Assembly: GCA_026982315.1 (NCBI GenBank)
Contig: JALSHI010000061.1
Location: 19,018-83,017 of the forward strand
Direction of reading: 5' to 3'
Source of the DNA: Lysobacterales bacterium
GTDB lineage: Bacteria; Pseudomonadota; Gammaproteobacteria; Xanthomonadales; Marinicellaceae
DNA length: 64,000 nucleotides
Part shown: positions 48,308-58,563 of the stretch, piece after piece
Layout: every line of letters starts with the position of its first letter
Position numbering within the stretch: position 1 is the stretch's first letter
Made by a program: the position numbers and the translations under genes
The notes under the pieces: generated by a model
Seen by the model: only the letters and a program-made list of their open reading frames with translations
What the model was told of the DNA's origin: nothing
The model's database searches: none

Positions 48308-48826
48308 CTAGTCAATTTTTCGGGGCGGATGGTAAATCAATCCGCTGTCCTGGCGGGCCGGACCACCCCGGTCCATCACCAGAATTTTTTCCACCTTGAG
48401 CAAAGGCCGGTTGTGCATAAAGCCAACCACCTTGCCCACAAGGCGCACGTAGTTGTCAATTTTCAGATCGCTCTTGCGGTACTTGCCTGGCAGACACGCC
48501 CAAAATTCATTACGCAATTCAATCTGGCTGATTTGGCTGCTACCGGCCATGGAGTCTTCATGCCCGTAAACCCGGATACAGGTTTCATTGCTATCGGGCA
48601 AGTAACGGTATTCCCGAATCACACCAGCCCAGCGAACATAGAAATTTAATGTGTCGTGGCTGGAAACCTGGAAAGGCGCCACCGAACGATACGGCACATG
48701 TTCTGGAAGGGCCAGGACATTTTCCGTCTTTGCAGCGGCCGGTTGCTGGCGAGTACCGCCAGTCTGGCCGCAGGCTGCCACACTGGCGGTCAGGATAACA
48801 GCCAACAATACTTTTAATGCAGTCAT
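48308..48826 (-). CDS. Outer-membrane lipoprotein, Slp-family-like
   Basis: The lipobox is SVAAC. YVRWAGVI resembles the VRWGGxI motif of Slp-family proteins as I recall it. The size also fits the family. Confidence 0.5.
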   Translation of the reverse strand: MTALKVLLAVILTASVAACGQTGGTRQQPAAAKTENVLALPEHVPYRSVAPFQVSSHDTLNFYVRWAGVIREYRYLPDSNETCIRVYGHEDSMAGSSQISQIELRNEFWACLPGKYRKSDLKIDNYVRLVGKVVGFMHNRPLLKVEKILVMDRGGPARQDSGLIYHPPRKID

Positions 48827-48925
48827 GATTTTTCTCCACCTGGGTCAACCCGAAGCTGTAGTCACGCAAGCAGCCCAACGCACAACACGCGCCACTGGCT
48901 GTAAAGATCGGCCCAAACGGTCAGT

Positions 48926-49432
48926 TCAGCTATCCGCGTTTCGCCTTTGCCGCCGAGCAGCAAAAAAATCACGTAACATACGGGCCGAATCAGTGGCCAA
49001 CACGCCGCTGTGAACAGCGATGTGATGATTGTGGTAGGACCGCTGAAAAGCGTGATCCACGGTGTCTATCACCCCTGTCTTGGGGTCACTTGTGGAAAAA
49101 ACAAGTTGTTTAATGCGCGCATGTATCAACGCCCCGGCGCACATCAGGCATGGCTCCAAAGTCACATACAGGGTGCTTTCTGGCAGGCGATAATTGTTTT
49201 CCCGGGCACCAGCGTCGCGCAAGGCCATGATTTCTGCATGCGCGGAGGGGTCATTCAGGGTAATGACCCGGTTATGCCCCTGGCCTATCACTTCTCCATG
49301 GCGCACCAGCACCGCACCCACAGGCACTTCCCCCATGGCTTCGGCCTGGCGCGCTTGCTCCAATGCCAGACGCATCCAGCGCTCGTGTTCGTCCTCAAAA
49401 GAAAATGATGGCTGTGCGGCCTTTTCTTTCAT
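48926..49432 (-). CDS. tadA: tRNA adenosine(34) deaminase
   Basis: The zinc-binding deaminase motifs HAEIMALR and PCLMCAGAL are present. Confidence 0.92.
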   Translation of the reverse strand: MKEKAAQPSFSFEDEHERWMRLALEQARQAEAMGEVPVGAVLVRHGEVIGQGHNRVITLNDPSAHAEIMALRDAGARENNYRLPESTLYVTLEPCLMCAGALIHARIKQLVFSTSDPKTGVIDTVDHAFQRSYHNHHIAVHSGVLATDSARMLRDFFAARRQRRNADS

Positions 49433-49533
49433 TATGTTTCCGGTTTAACTGGCCATGAATACCACCTGTTTGGAAGCGGCCATACTCTGAACATGGGGAA
49501 TATACCCGGCCTTGGCCGATGCCCGCTGCCGGC

Positions 49534-51117
49534 CTATTCCCACTCAATGGTGGCCGGCGGTTTGCTGGAAATATCATAAACCACCCGCGACACCTCTTCG
49601 ATTTCGTTGATAATGCGGCGAGACACCACATCCAGCAACTCATAAGGCAAGTGCGCCCAGCGAGCCGTCATAAAGTCCACGGTTTCCACCGCCCGCAGTG
49701 CTATCACATAGGCATAGCGACGTGCATCACCCACGACACCAACGGATTTAACCGGCAAAAAGACGGCAAAAGCCTGGGCGGTTTTGTCATACCAGCCCGC
49801 TTTTTTCAGCTCAGTGATAAAAATATGATCAGCACGCGCCAGAATATCCGCATATTCGGGCCTGATTTCCCCCAGAATACGCACCCCCAGTCCCGGGCCG
49901 GGAAACGGATGCCGGTAAACCATTTCCCTGGTCAACCCCAGGTGTACCCCCAGCTTTCTGACTTCATCCTTGAACAAATCACGCAGGGGTTCCAGCAGTT
50001 GCAAACCCATTTCGGCCGGCAAACCGCCCACATTGTGGTGTGACTTGATGACATGCGCCTTGCCGGTCGCACTGCCTGCCGACTCGATCACATCCGGATA
50101 AATGGTTCCCTGAGCCAGCCATTTGACATCCTTGAGTTTGCTGGCTTCCTGCTCGAATACACGAATAAACTGTTCGCCAATAATCTTGCGCTTTCTTTCA
50201 GGGTCTGTTTCTCCCTGGAGGGCGTTGAAAAACCGTTCCCGGGCGTTGACGCGAATCACGTTGATATCCATTTCCCGCGCAAACATGGCCATGACATCAT
50301 CGCCTTCGCCATAACGCAACAGGCCCGTGTCCACAAAAATACATGTGAGCTGCGGGCCAATGGCCTTGTGCAGCAAGGCCGCCACCACTGAAGAGTCCAC
50401 CCCGCCGGAAAGCCCCAGCAAGACCTTGTCAGCCCCCACCTGCTCCCGCACACTGCGAATGTGGGTCTCGATAATGTTTTCCGCCGACCAGTCTGCCGCA
50501 CAACCGCAAATGTCATGCACAAAGCGCGACAGGATTTTTTCACCCTGTCTGGTGTGAGACACTTCGGGGTGAAACTGCACGCCGAAGAAAGGAGCCGACA
50601 CATGCTCAAAGGCCGCTACAGGGGCTGTTTCGGTGCGGCCTGTGACAGTAAAGTTGTCCGGCACTGCGACAACTTTGTCACCATGACTCATCCACACATC
50701 CAGCACAGGATGACCGGCGACATTGTGGCGATCTGCCAAATCCGCAAACAGGCGAGACGGAGCGATGACTTCCACTTCGGCATAACCAAATTCTTTTTCA
50801 TCCGAAGGCGCCACCTGCCCGCCAAAATGCTCACACATGGCCTGCATGCCGTAACAAACGCCCAAAACCGGCACCCCCAGAGAAAAAACGCCTTCCGGCA
50901 ATCTCGGTGCATCGGCCTGATGAACAGACTCAGGCCCGCCTGACAAAATGATGCCATTGGCGTTGAATTCACGAATGGCGCCCAAGTCGGCATCCCAGGG
51001 CCAGATTTCACTGTAAACACCCGCCTCGCGAACCCGGCGGGCAATGAGCTGGGTAAACTGGGAGCCAAAATCCAGGATCAGGATGCGGTTGTTTTTAATG
51101 TCACCGGTTGTGGTCAT
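49534..51117 (-). CDS. guaA: GMP synthase (glutamine-hydrolysing)
   Basis: The GATase domain has GVCYGMQ, the ATP-PPase domain has SGGVDSS, and the C-terminus ends PPATIEWE. Confidence 0.97.
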   Translation of the reverse strand: MTTTGDIKNNRILILDFGSQFTQLIARRVREAGVYSEIWPWDADLGAIREFNANGIILSGGPESVHQADAPRLPEGVFSLGVPVLGVCYGMQAMCEHFGGQVAPSDEKEFGYAEVEVIAPSRLFADLADRHNVAGHPVLDVWMSHGDKVVAVPDNFTVTGRTETAPVAAFEHVSAPFFGVQFHPEVSHTRQGEKILSRFVHDICGCAADWSAENIIETHIRSVREQVGADKVLLGLSGGVDSSVVAALLHKAIGPQLTCIFVDTGLLRYGEGDDVMAMFAREMDINVIRVNARERFFNALQGETDPERKRKIIGEQFIRVFEQEASKLKDVKWLAQGTIYPDVIESAGSATGKAHVIKSHHNVGGLPAEMGLQLLEPLRDLFKDEVRKLGVHLGLTREMVYRHPFPGPGLGVRILGEIRPEYADILARADHIFITELKKAGWYDKTAQAFAVFLPVKSVGVVGDARRYAYVIALRAVETVDFMTARWAHLPYELLDVVSRRIINEIEEVSRVVYDISSKPPATIEWE

Positions 51118-51125
51118 GGTTGTCC

Positions 51126-52589
<1,464 letters not shown>

Positions 52590-52726
52590 TTATCCTCCTG
52601 GGAACCGCAGCCGAAAGCAAGACGCTGGTATCATCCGGTGAGCCAGACACGCCATGCCAGCATGGCCGGATAAATCGCCCCATTTTACCACAACCACAGC
52701 GGCCAACGAGGCGGAATATTCCCAGC

Positions 52727-54349
52727 ATGAATGAAAAACCTGCACGCCGGAAAGCGGAAAAGGATCTGTTTGCCTCACCAAGCCAGACAGCCGTCAGCCC
52801 GGTCTTATCCCCAGATGAATCAGCGCCTGGAAAAAGCCCCCAGCAGGCATTAACACCCAGCAGTCTTAACCGCCTGGCCAGAGAGCTGATGGAAAATCAC
52901 ATCGGCCGGGTCTGGATCCGGGGCGAGGTCAGTGGTTTCAACCGGCACAGGACTTCCGGCCATTGTTACTTTTCCCTCAAAGATGCACAGGCCAGTCTTT
53001 CCTGTGCCTGGTTCCGCCGCCAAATACGGCCGGGGCAGAATCTGCAAGATGGCGACCAGGTGCTTATTTTGGGCCAGGTCAGCATTTATGAGGCGCGTGG
53101 CAACTACCAGCTCATCGTTCATCAGGTCGAGGTGGGCGGTCAGGGAGATTTACACCAGCAGTTTGTGCAGTTAAAAAACCGCCTGCAAGAACTGGGTCTG
53201 TTCGACACGCAATTCAAAAAAAAACTGCCTGAGCATATTCAACGCATTGCCATCGTTACATCGAAAAGTGGCGCGGCCATACAAGATGCGCTCAAAACCA
53301 TTGCTCGCCGGAACCCGTTACTGGATGTAGCCATTTTTCATGCTGCCGTTCAGGGTGAAAACGCCCCCGAATCACTCATGAACGCGCTGGAAGAAGCCGA
53401 TAAAGGCAGCTTTGACGCCATTTTACTCACCCGTGGCGGCGGTTCCCTGGAAGATCTGATGGCCTTTAACCATGAAGGGCTGGCCCACACCCTGTTTACC
53501 CTGAAAACACCGGTGGTTTCGGCCGTGGGTCACGAGCGGGACTTTACCATTGCCGATTATGTCGCGGATGTGCGCGCAGCCACCCCGACCGCTGGCGCTG
53601 AACTGCTCTCGCCTGAGCTTGAGTTAACCCGCCTGCGGCTGCAGCAGCACCCCCAACGCCTGCTACACGCCCTGCAACGGCAGTTAAATAACCGCGCACA
53701 AATGCTGGATCAACTCACAACGCGTCTGTTCCGGGTTCAGCCACAATCCAGAACGGCTTACGAGCGCCAGAAAATACTGCACAAGCGACACCAGTTGGAA
53801 CAACAAATCCATCAGCGCATCAAACACCACAGGCGCACTCTCAATAACGCAGAAAATCTGCTTTTACAAGCACACCCACGTTACCAGCTGTCCCGGCAAA
53901 AGCAATATCTCCAGCGCCAGCGCCAGCGACTGTTTGGGCATGTGGAAAAAAACCTCCAAAAAGCCCAAAAACAGCTAGACCTTCTCCAGCAACGCCTGTT
54001 GCGGCAAAAACCCCGGATGGAAAGCCTGCGCCACGCTTGTCATCATAGCCAGCAGCGATTGCTCCAGAGTTGGCATAATGCCCAGCAACAACGCCGCTCA
54101 ACCCTGCGCCGCATTGAATCCATTCTTGACAGCCTCAGCCCACAAAGGGTGCTTGAACGCGGCTACAGCATTACCTGGCATGCCGAAACCGGAGCGATTA
54201 TCACCTCGACTGAACAGTTGCAGCCAGGAGATAAAATCCGGACCACCCTGAAACAGGGTGAAGCCCTGTCTCAGGTGCTCTTGACCATGCCCGCAAAAGG
54301 GGCAAAGAACTCCCCGGGCCATGCAGAAAAAACATCCTCCGACTCATGA
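52727..54349 (+). CDS. xseA: Exodeoxyribonuclease VII large subunit (with N- and C-terminal extensions)
   Basis: GRVWIRGEVSGFNRHRTSGHCYFSLKD, IAIVTSKSGAAIQD, RGGGSLEDL and SAVGHERD are present. The gene is divergent from guaBA, as in E. coli. It is 540 aa, against about 456 aa in E. coli as recalled. Confidence 0.9.
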   Translation: MNEKPARRKAEKDLFASPSQTAVSPVLSPDESAPGKSPQQALTPSSLNRLARELMENHIGRVWIRGEVSGFNRHRTSGHCYFSLKDAQASLSCAWFRRQIRPGQNLQDGDQVLILGQVSIYEARGNYQLIVHQVEVGGQGDLHQQFVQLKNRLQELGLFDTQFKKKLPEHIQRIAIVTSKSGAAIQDALKTIARRNPLLDVAIFHAAVQGENAPESLMNALEEADKGSFDAILLTRGGGSLEDLMAFNHEGLAHTLFTLKTPVVSAVGHERDFTIADYVADVRAATPTAGAELLSPELELTRLRLQQHPQRLLHALQRQLNNRAQMLDQLTTRLFRVQPQSRTAYERQKILHKRHQLEQQIHQRIKHHRRTLNNAENLLLQAHPRYQLSRQKQYLQRQRQRLFGHVEKNLQKAQKQLDLLQQRLLRQKPRMESLRHACHHSQQRLLQSWHNAQQQRRSTLRRIESILDSLSPQRVLERGYSITWHAETGAIITSTEQLQPGDKIRTTLKQGEALSQVLLTMPAKGAKNSPGHAEKTSSDS

Positions 54350-54990
54350 GTCATCAGAAAAAAAAACATGGGCGCCAAAAGCCCTCAGACAAATCAGTCT
54401 TTGCAAAAAAACCCAAGGAGGTCGTGCGTCAGGAAGAAGTTATCAAGAAAAGTACATTTATCGCGCTCATTGCTCCGGCAGAAACCCCTGCGGGGGCCAT
54501 GGATTTCATTCACAAAAACAGCGATCCCGCGGCCACTCACAACTGCTGGGCTTATCACATTGGCCAGAATTACCGCTTTAACGATGACGGCGAACCCGGC
54601 GGTACGGCCGGAAAACCCATACTGGCTGCCATAACCGGCCAGGGCTTTGACCACACAGTGGCGCTGGTCATTCGGTATTTTGGCGGCATCAAACTGGGCA
54701 CCGGCGGTCTGATGCGCGCCTATGGCGGCGTGGTGGCCAGGGGTTTGCAGGCGACTTCTTTTGAGTACCTGGTCCCAGAAGCCACTCTGACGATTCAGGT
54801 GCCTTTTGAATACATCCAGGCCATCCATAATGTGGCAAAAAAACACGGGGGCACATTGCTCAATGAAACTTATGGTGAGCATGGCGCCATCATCCACCTG
54901 CGTGTGCCGCAGTCCAATCGGCAGCAACTGCTGCTCGAAGCCGGCAATATGACCCGGGGACAAGTGCAACTGACCTCGGTACAAAGATAG
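54346..54990 (+). CDS. yigZ: YigZ / IMPACT-family (UPF0029) protein
   Basis: KSTFIALIAP...ATHNCWAYHIG...NDDGEPGGTAGKPIL is present. An ATGA overlap joins it to the xseA stop. Confidence 0.85.
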   Translation: MSHQKKKHGRQKPSDKSVFAKKPKEVVRQEEVIKKSTFIALIAPAETPAGAMDFIHKNSDPAATHNCWAYHIGQNYRFNDDGEPGGTAGKPILAAITGQGFDHTVALVIRYFGGIKLGTGGLMRAYGGVVARGLQATSFEYLVPEATLTIQVPFEYIQAIHNVAKKHGGTLLNETYGEHGAIIHLRVPQSNRQQLLLEAGNMTRGQVQLTSVQR

Positions 54991-55121
54991 GTAGCGGACA
55001 AACCCCAGGTCAGCCATGGCAAAACCGATTGATAAGCTCTATTAGTCTGAACCAGATTTTGCATCATACAGCCTGGCCATCTGTGGTAATCTTGCCGCCA
55101 ATCAATACCGAAAACGCACAT

Positions 55122-55673
55122 ATGGCTCTGCCCCACACCAAACAAAAGGAACTTCAAGCCTTATGGCGCGCCTACTGGGAGACACCCTACTTTAATCAGC
55201 GGATCCAATTGGTTCCTGGTCAAAAAACGCCAGTCACACCCGATTCTGACACTGTCACTTTGTGGCTGACAGCCGAAAACCCGCACTCACAGCCATGCGA
55301 CAAGGAAGAAAACCAGCGCAGAAACCAGCATTTGGCCAGTGAAATCACCAAACTGCTCACAAAAAGCTTGCCGCAGGAGTTGATACATGTTGAAGCGGCA
55401 ACAGCCCGCCACCCCAATCATCAGTGGCCTGCCGAGCAGGGTTTTTTTGTGTTTATGCCAGCGGCTGTCTGGGCGCAAACGCGCAGCGAGTGGGAAACCC
55501 TGGCGGCCCGCTGGGGTCAAAACGCCATTGTTGTGGCCGAACCGGGAAAACCCGTCATTGTGATGCCCACCGATCCGATGTTTCGCCAACAGCTCACAAG
55601 TGCCGGTTTATGGTCTCCAGGCCGCCCCGAAAAGGATAGCAGTGTCATCAACCACGCGCCCGCATCACACTGA
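55122..55673 (+). CDS. DUF3293-like hypothetical protein
   Basis: TLWLTAENPHSQPCDKEENQRRNQHLASEI resembles the ITAxNP...eN motif I recall for DUF3293. The first ATG is at 55122; the track start at 55029 is TTG. Confidence 0.5.
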   Translation: MALPHTKQKELQALWRAYWETPYFNQRIQLVPGQKTPVTPDSDTVTLWLTAENPHSQPCDKEENQRRNQHLASEITKLLTKSLPQELIHVEAATARHPNHQWPAEQGFFVFMPAAVWAQTRSEWETLAARWGQNAIVVAEPGKPVIVMPTDPMFRQQLTSAGLWSPGRPEKDSSVINHAPASH

Positions 55674-55692
55674 ACTTGCAAGACTTGCCAAA

Positions 55693-56391
55693 ATGAAATC
55701 TGTCATGCCATTTGAGCCCAGCAGAACCGCCTCTCAGATGCCTGTAAAAAAAGCGCATGAATGGCGTCTCCAAGGCTCGTTACTGAGTTGTGAGCGCGAA
55801 GGTGCTGCATTGTTCAAACCGGTTTCCTTCCATATTTCTGCTGGAGAGTCACTCTTATTGAGCGGCCCCAATGGCATTGGTAAAACCACATTACTGGAGG
55901 CCATCGCCGGCTTGCGGCGCTATACCAGTGGCACTCTGCGGCTCAACAATAAAAATATTCAGGACCAGTTGCCCGCATGGTGGAAGAGCCTGTGCTATAT
56001 CGGCCATAAAGATGGTAATAAAAAGGCCTTGAGCTGCTTGGAGAACCTGAAATTCACCGCACGCCTGCACGGCCATACCCCCACAACCGAGTCACTGCTA
56101 AACGCGCTGGATGCAGTGGGGCTGGCCGGTTACGAACACCATCTGGCCGGCAACTTGTCCGCAGGACAAAAAAAACGCCTGTCACTGGCGAGACTGCCGC
56201 TGGTACAAGCGCCTGTCTGGATTCTGGATGAACCCTTTGTCAACCTGGACGTAGCAGGCAATCAATGGTTGCTGGAGTGGCTAGATGCCCACCTGCAACA
56301 AGGCGGAATGCTATTTATTACCGCTCATGACAACCAGGAAATGCACCGCCGCGCCACCTATCGGCAGGAACTGTACCCCACAGACACATGA
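55693..56391 (+). CDS. ccmA: Cytochrome c biogenesis heme-exporting ATPase CcmA
   Basis: The Walker A motif is GPNGIGKTTLL, the ABC signature is LSAGQKKRLSLA, and Walker B is WILDEP. The ATG at 55693 is the first after the upstream stop; the ATG at 55738 is also possible. Confidence 0.88.
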   Translation: MKSVMPFEPSRTASQMPVKKAHEWRLQGSLLSCEREGAALFKPVSFHISAGESLLLSGPNGIGKTTLLEAIAGLRRYTSGTLRLNNKNIQDQLPAWWKSLCYIGHKDGNKKALSCLENLKFTARLHGHTPTTESLLNALDAVGLAGYEHHLAGNLSAGQKKRLSLARLPLVQAPVWILDEPFVNLDVAGNQWLLEWLDAHLQQGGMLFITAHDNQEMHRRATYRQELYPTDT

Positions 56392-57095
56392 TTCATCTGA
56401 TGCCGCAAAAACCAGAAAAACTGAAAACCACTGTGATGCTGGCAGCACTCATCCAGCGGGATGTGCTGATTGGCCTGCGACAAAAATCGCAAATTTATCA
56501 GCCACTGGTCTTTCAACTGCTGGTTGTCACCATGTTTCCCCTGGGGCTGGGAGCTGGCGCAAAAACCCTCGCCGCCATCGCACCGGCGGTCATCTGGGTA
56601 TTGGCGCTACTGGCCAGCCTGCTTACGTTGGATCATATTTTCAAAGTCGATCACGAAGATGGCTCTCTGGAAACCTATGTGCTGTCACCGGTACCCTTGC
56701 CGGCTTCGGTTCTGGCCAAAGCCGGCGCCCACTGGCTACTGACCGGCTTACCTTTGACTCTATTTTCGCCTATAATAGCGGCCCTGATGCACCTGCCAGA
56801 ATCCGCTTTTGGCACCATGCTGATATCGTTACTGCTGGGAACGCCCACCATGAGCCTGATCGGGTCCATGGGTTCGGCATTAACGATCAGCCTGAAACAT
56901 GGTGGCTTGTTACTGACTGTTCTGGTCATGCCCTTGCTGGCTCCAGTATTGATTTTTGGCGCCAGCGCCATCCTGGAAAGCACGCTTGGCAATCCTGCAT
57001 CCGGACAATTGCTGGCACTGACCGCTCTTCTGGTATTTTCCCTGACATTGGTGCCCTTTGCCGCGGCCACCGCCATTCGAATTAACCTGGAATAG
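56388..57095 (+). CDS. ccmB: Heme exporter protein CcmB
   Basis: It is a six-TM protein. An ATGA overlap joins it to ccmA, and its position in the ccm operon fits. Confidence 0.9.
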   Translation: MIHLMPQKPEKLKTTVMLAALIQRDVLIGLRQKSQIYQPLVFQLLVVTMFPLGLGAGAKTLAAIAPAVIWVLALLASLLTLDHIFKVDHEDGSLETYVLSPVPLPASVLAKAGAHWLLTGLPLTLFSPIIAALMHLPESAFGTMLISLLLGTPTMSLIGSMGSALTISLKHGGLLLTVLVMPLLAPVLIFGASAILESTLGNPASGQLLALTALLVFSLTLVPFAAATAIRINLE

Positions 57096-57102
57096 ACTCC
57101 AC

Positions 57103-57861
57103 ATGAACCGTCTTGTCAAACTCTATCACCAACTGGGATCACCCCCTACCTTTTACCGTATCACTGGTAAATGGTTGCCATGGTTACTGGGCGGTGCCCT
57201 TGTACTCATGTTCTGGGGCTTGTACGACGGCCTGTTTGTGGCCCCGATTGATTACCAGCAACGCGAAAGTTTCAAAATTTCCTATATCCATGTGCCAGCC
57301 GCCTGGATGTCCATGTTCATCTACCTGGCCATGGGTATTGCCGGCTTTATGGCCCTGGTCTGGAGAATGAAAGTCGCAGAAGCCATTCTTATTGCTTCGG
57401 CGCCTGTGGGGGCCATATTCACACTTTTGGCATTGCTGACTGGCTCTTTGTGGGGCAAACCCATGTGGGGCACCTGGTGGGACTGGGATGCCCGCATGAC
57501 GTCCGAGCTTATCCTGCTTTTTTTGTATATTGGTGTTATGGCCACGTATAACGCTTATGACGATCCCCGCAAAGGTGCACGCGTCGCCGCCCTGGTGGCG
57601 GTGATCGGCCTGGTCAACCTGCCCATTATTCACTTTTCCGTCCAATGGTGGTCAACCATTCATCAGGCTTCCACAGTAAGCCTGTTTGGCAAGCAACACA
57701 TTCCCTGGAGCATGTTGCGTGGCTGGCTTATTATGGCCGTCGGCACCAAACTTTATTATGGCTATTCCGTGCTCAAGCGCGCGCGTTTGTTATTGCTGGA
57801 GACAGAAAAAAACACCGCCTGGGTGCAAAAAATCATTGAACAGGAGTGTCGCCATGCCTGA
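57103..57861 (+). CDS. ccmC: Heme exporter protein CcmC
   Basis: The WWD motif WGTWWDWDARMT is present. The ATG at 57103 was chosen. Confidence 0.93.
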   Translation: MNRLVKLYHQLGSPPTFYRITGKWLPWLLGGALVLMFWGLYDGLFVAPIDYQQRESFKISYIHVPAAWMSMFIYLAMGIAGFMALVWRMKVAEAILIASAPVGAIFTLLALLTGSLWGKPMWGTWWDWDARMTSELILLFLYIGVMATYNAYDDPRKGARVAALVAVIGLVNLPIIHFSVQWWSTIHQASTVSLFGKQHIPWSMLRGWLIMAVGTKLYYGYSVLKRARLLLLETEKNTAWVQKIIEQECRHA

Positions 57862-58045
57862 TTTCCTCGATATGGGCAAATACAGTTTTTATGTCTGGAG
57901 CAGCGTCGCCCTTTTCTTTATTCTCATCGGCTGGGACATGTTTTCCCTGCAACGCAAGCAGAAAAGTCTGTGCCGCCAGTTGCTCGCCATGCAGCGGCGG
58001 CAAAAACACCGCCGACGCAGCCACAGGAACCAGCCACTTGAATAG
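57854..58045 (+). CDS. ccmD: Heme exporter protein CcmD
   Basis: The 63-aa product MPDFLDMGKYSFYVWSSVALFFILIGWDMF has a single TM helix. It overlaps the ccmC stop by 8 nt. It is embedded in a longer track ORF (57686..58045) that I rejected. Confidence 0.8.
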   Translation: MPDFLDMGKYSFYVWSSVALFFILIGWDMFSLQRKQKSLCRQLLAMQRRQKHRRRSHRNQPLE

Positions 58046-58089
58046 ATGGTCATACTGCCAATCCCCTTAAATTTACAGAGATCATATCG

Positions 58090-58551
58090 ATGACTCCAAA
58101 ACGCAAAAAACGCCTGATGGTAACCCTGCTGATTGTGTTGGGCGTGGCGGCAGCCACCGCATTGATGACATCGGCTTTCCGGGAAAATATCCTCTATTAC
58201 AAAAGCCCATCGGATATTGCTGAAGGCAACTTCCCGCAACAACGCAGTTTTCGCATCGGCGGCATGGTCAAGGAAGGCACTTTCCACAAGGCGGATGACA
58301 GTTTAAAAGTTGATTTTGTGATTACCGATTATGCCAAGGAAGTGCCCGTGCATTATGAAGGCATTCTGCCTGACCTGTTCCGGGAAGGCCAGGGCGTCAT
58401 TGCCATTGGCCGTATGCGACCTGACGGCACTTTTGTCGCTGAGGAAGTACTGGCCAAACACGATGAAAACTATATGCCGCCAGAGGTGGCCGCCAGTCTC
58501 AAAAAGAAACCCGCTGCAGATACCGCAGCGCCCCAAGAATCCTCACAATAA
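58090..58551 (+). CDS. ccmE: Cytochrome c-type biogenesis heme chaperone CcmE
   Basis: A TM anchor and an OB fold are present. The heme-binding region is LAKHDENYMPPE. Confidence 0.93.
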   Translation: MTPKRKKRLMVTLLIVLGVAAATALMTSAFRENILYYKSPSDIAEGNFPQQRSFRIGGMVKEGTFHKADDSLKVDFVITDYAKEVPVHYEGILPDLFREGQGVIAIGRMRPDGTFVAEEVLAKHDENYMPPEVAASLKKKPAADTAAPQESSQ

Positions 58552-58563
58552 AGGCCCACTATC

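Noticed and set aside
49465-49533. GC-rich dyad (ggccg...cggcc) downstream of guaA, considered as a terminator or REP-like element.
   Set aside because: The stem is 5 bp with an 11-nt loop and no T-run. I could find no second copy elsewhere in the window to suggest a repeat family.
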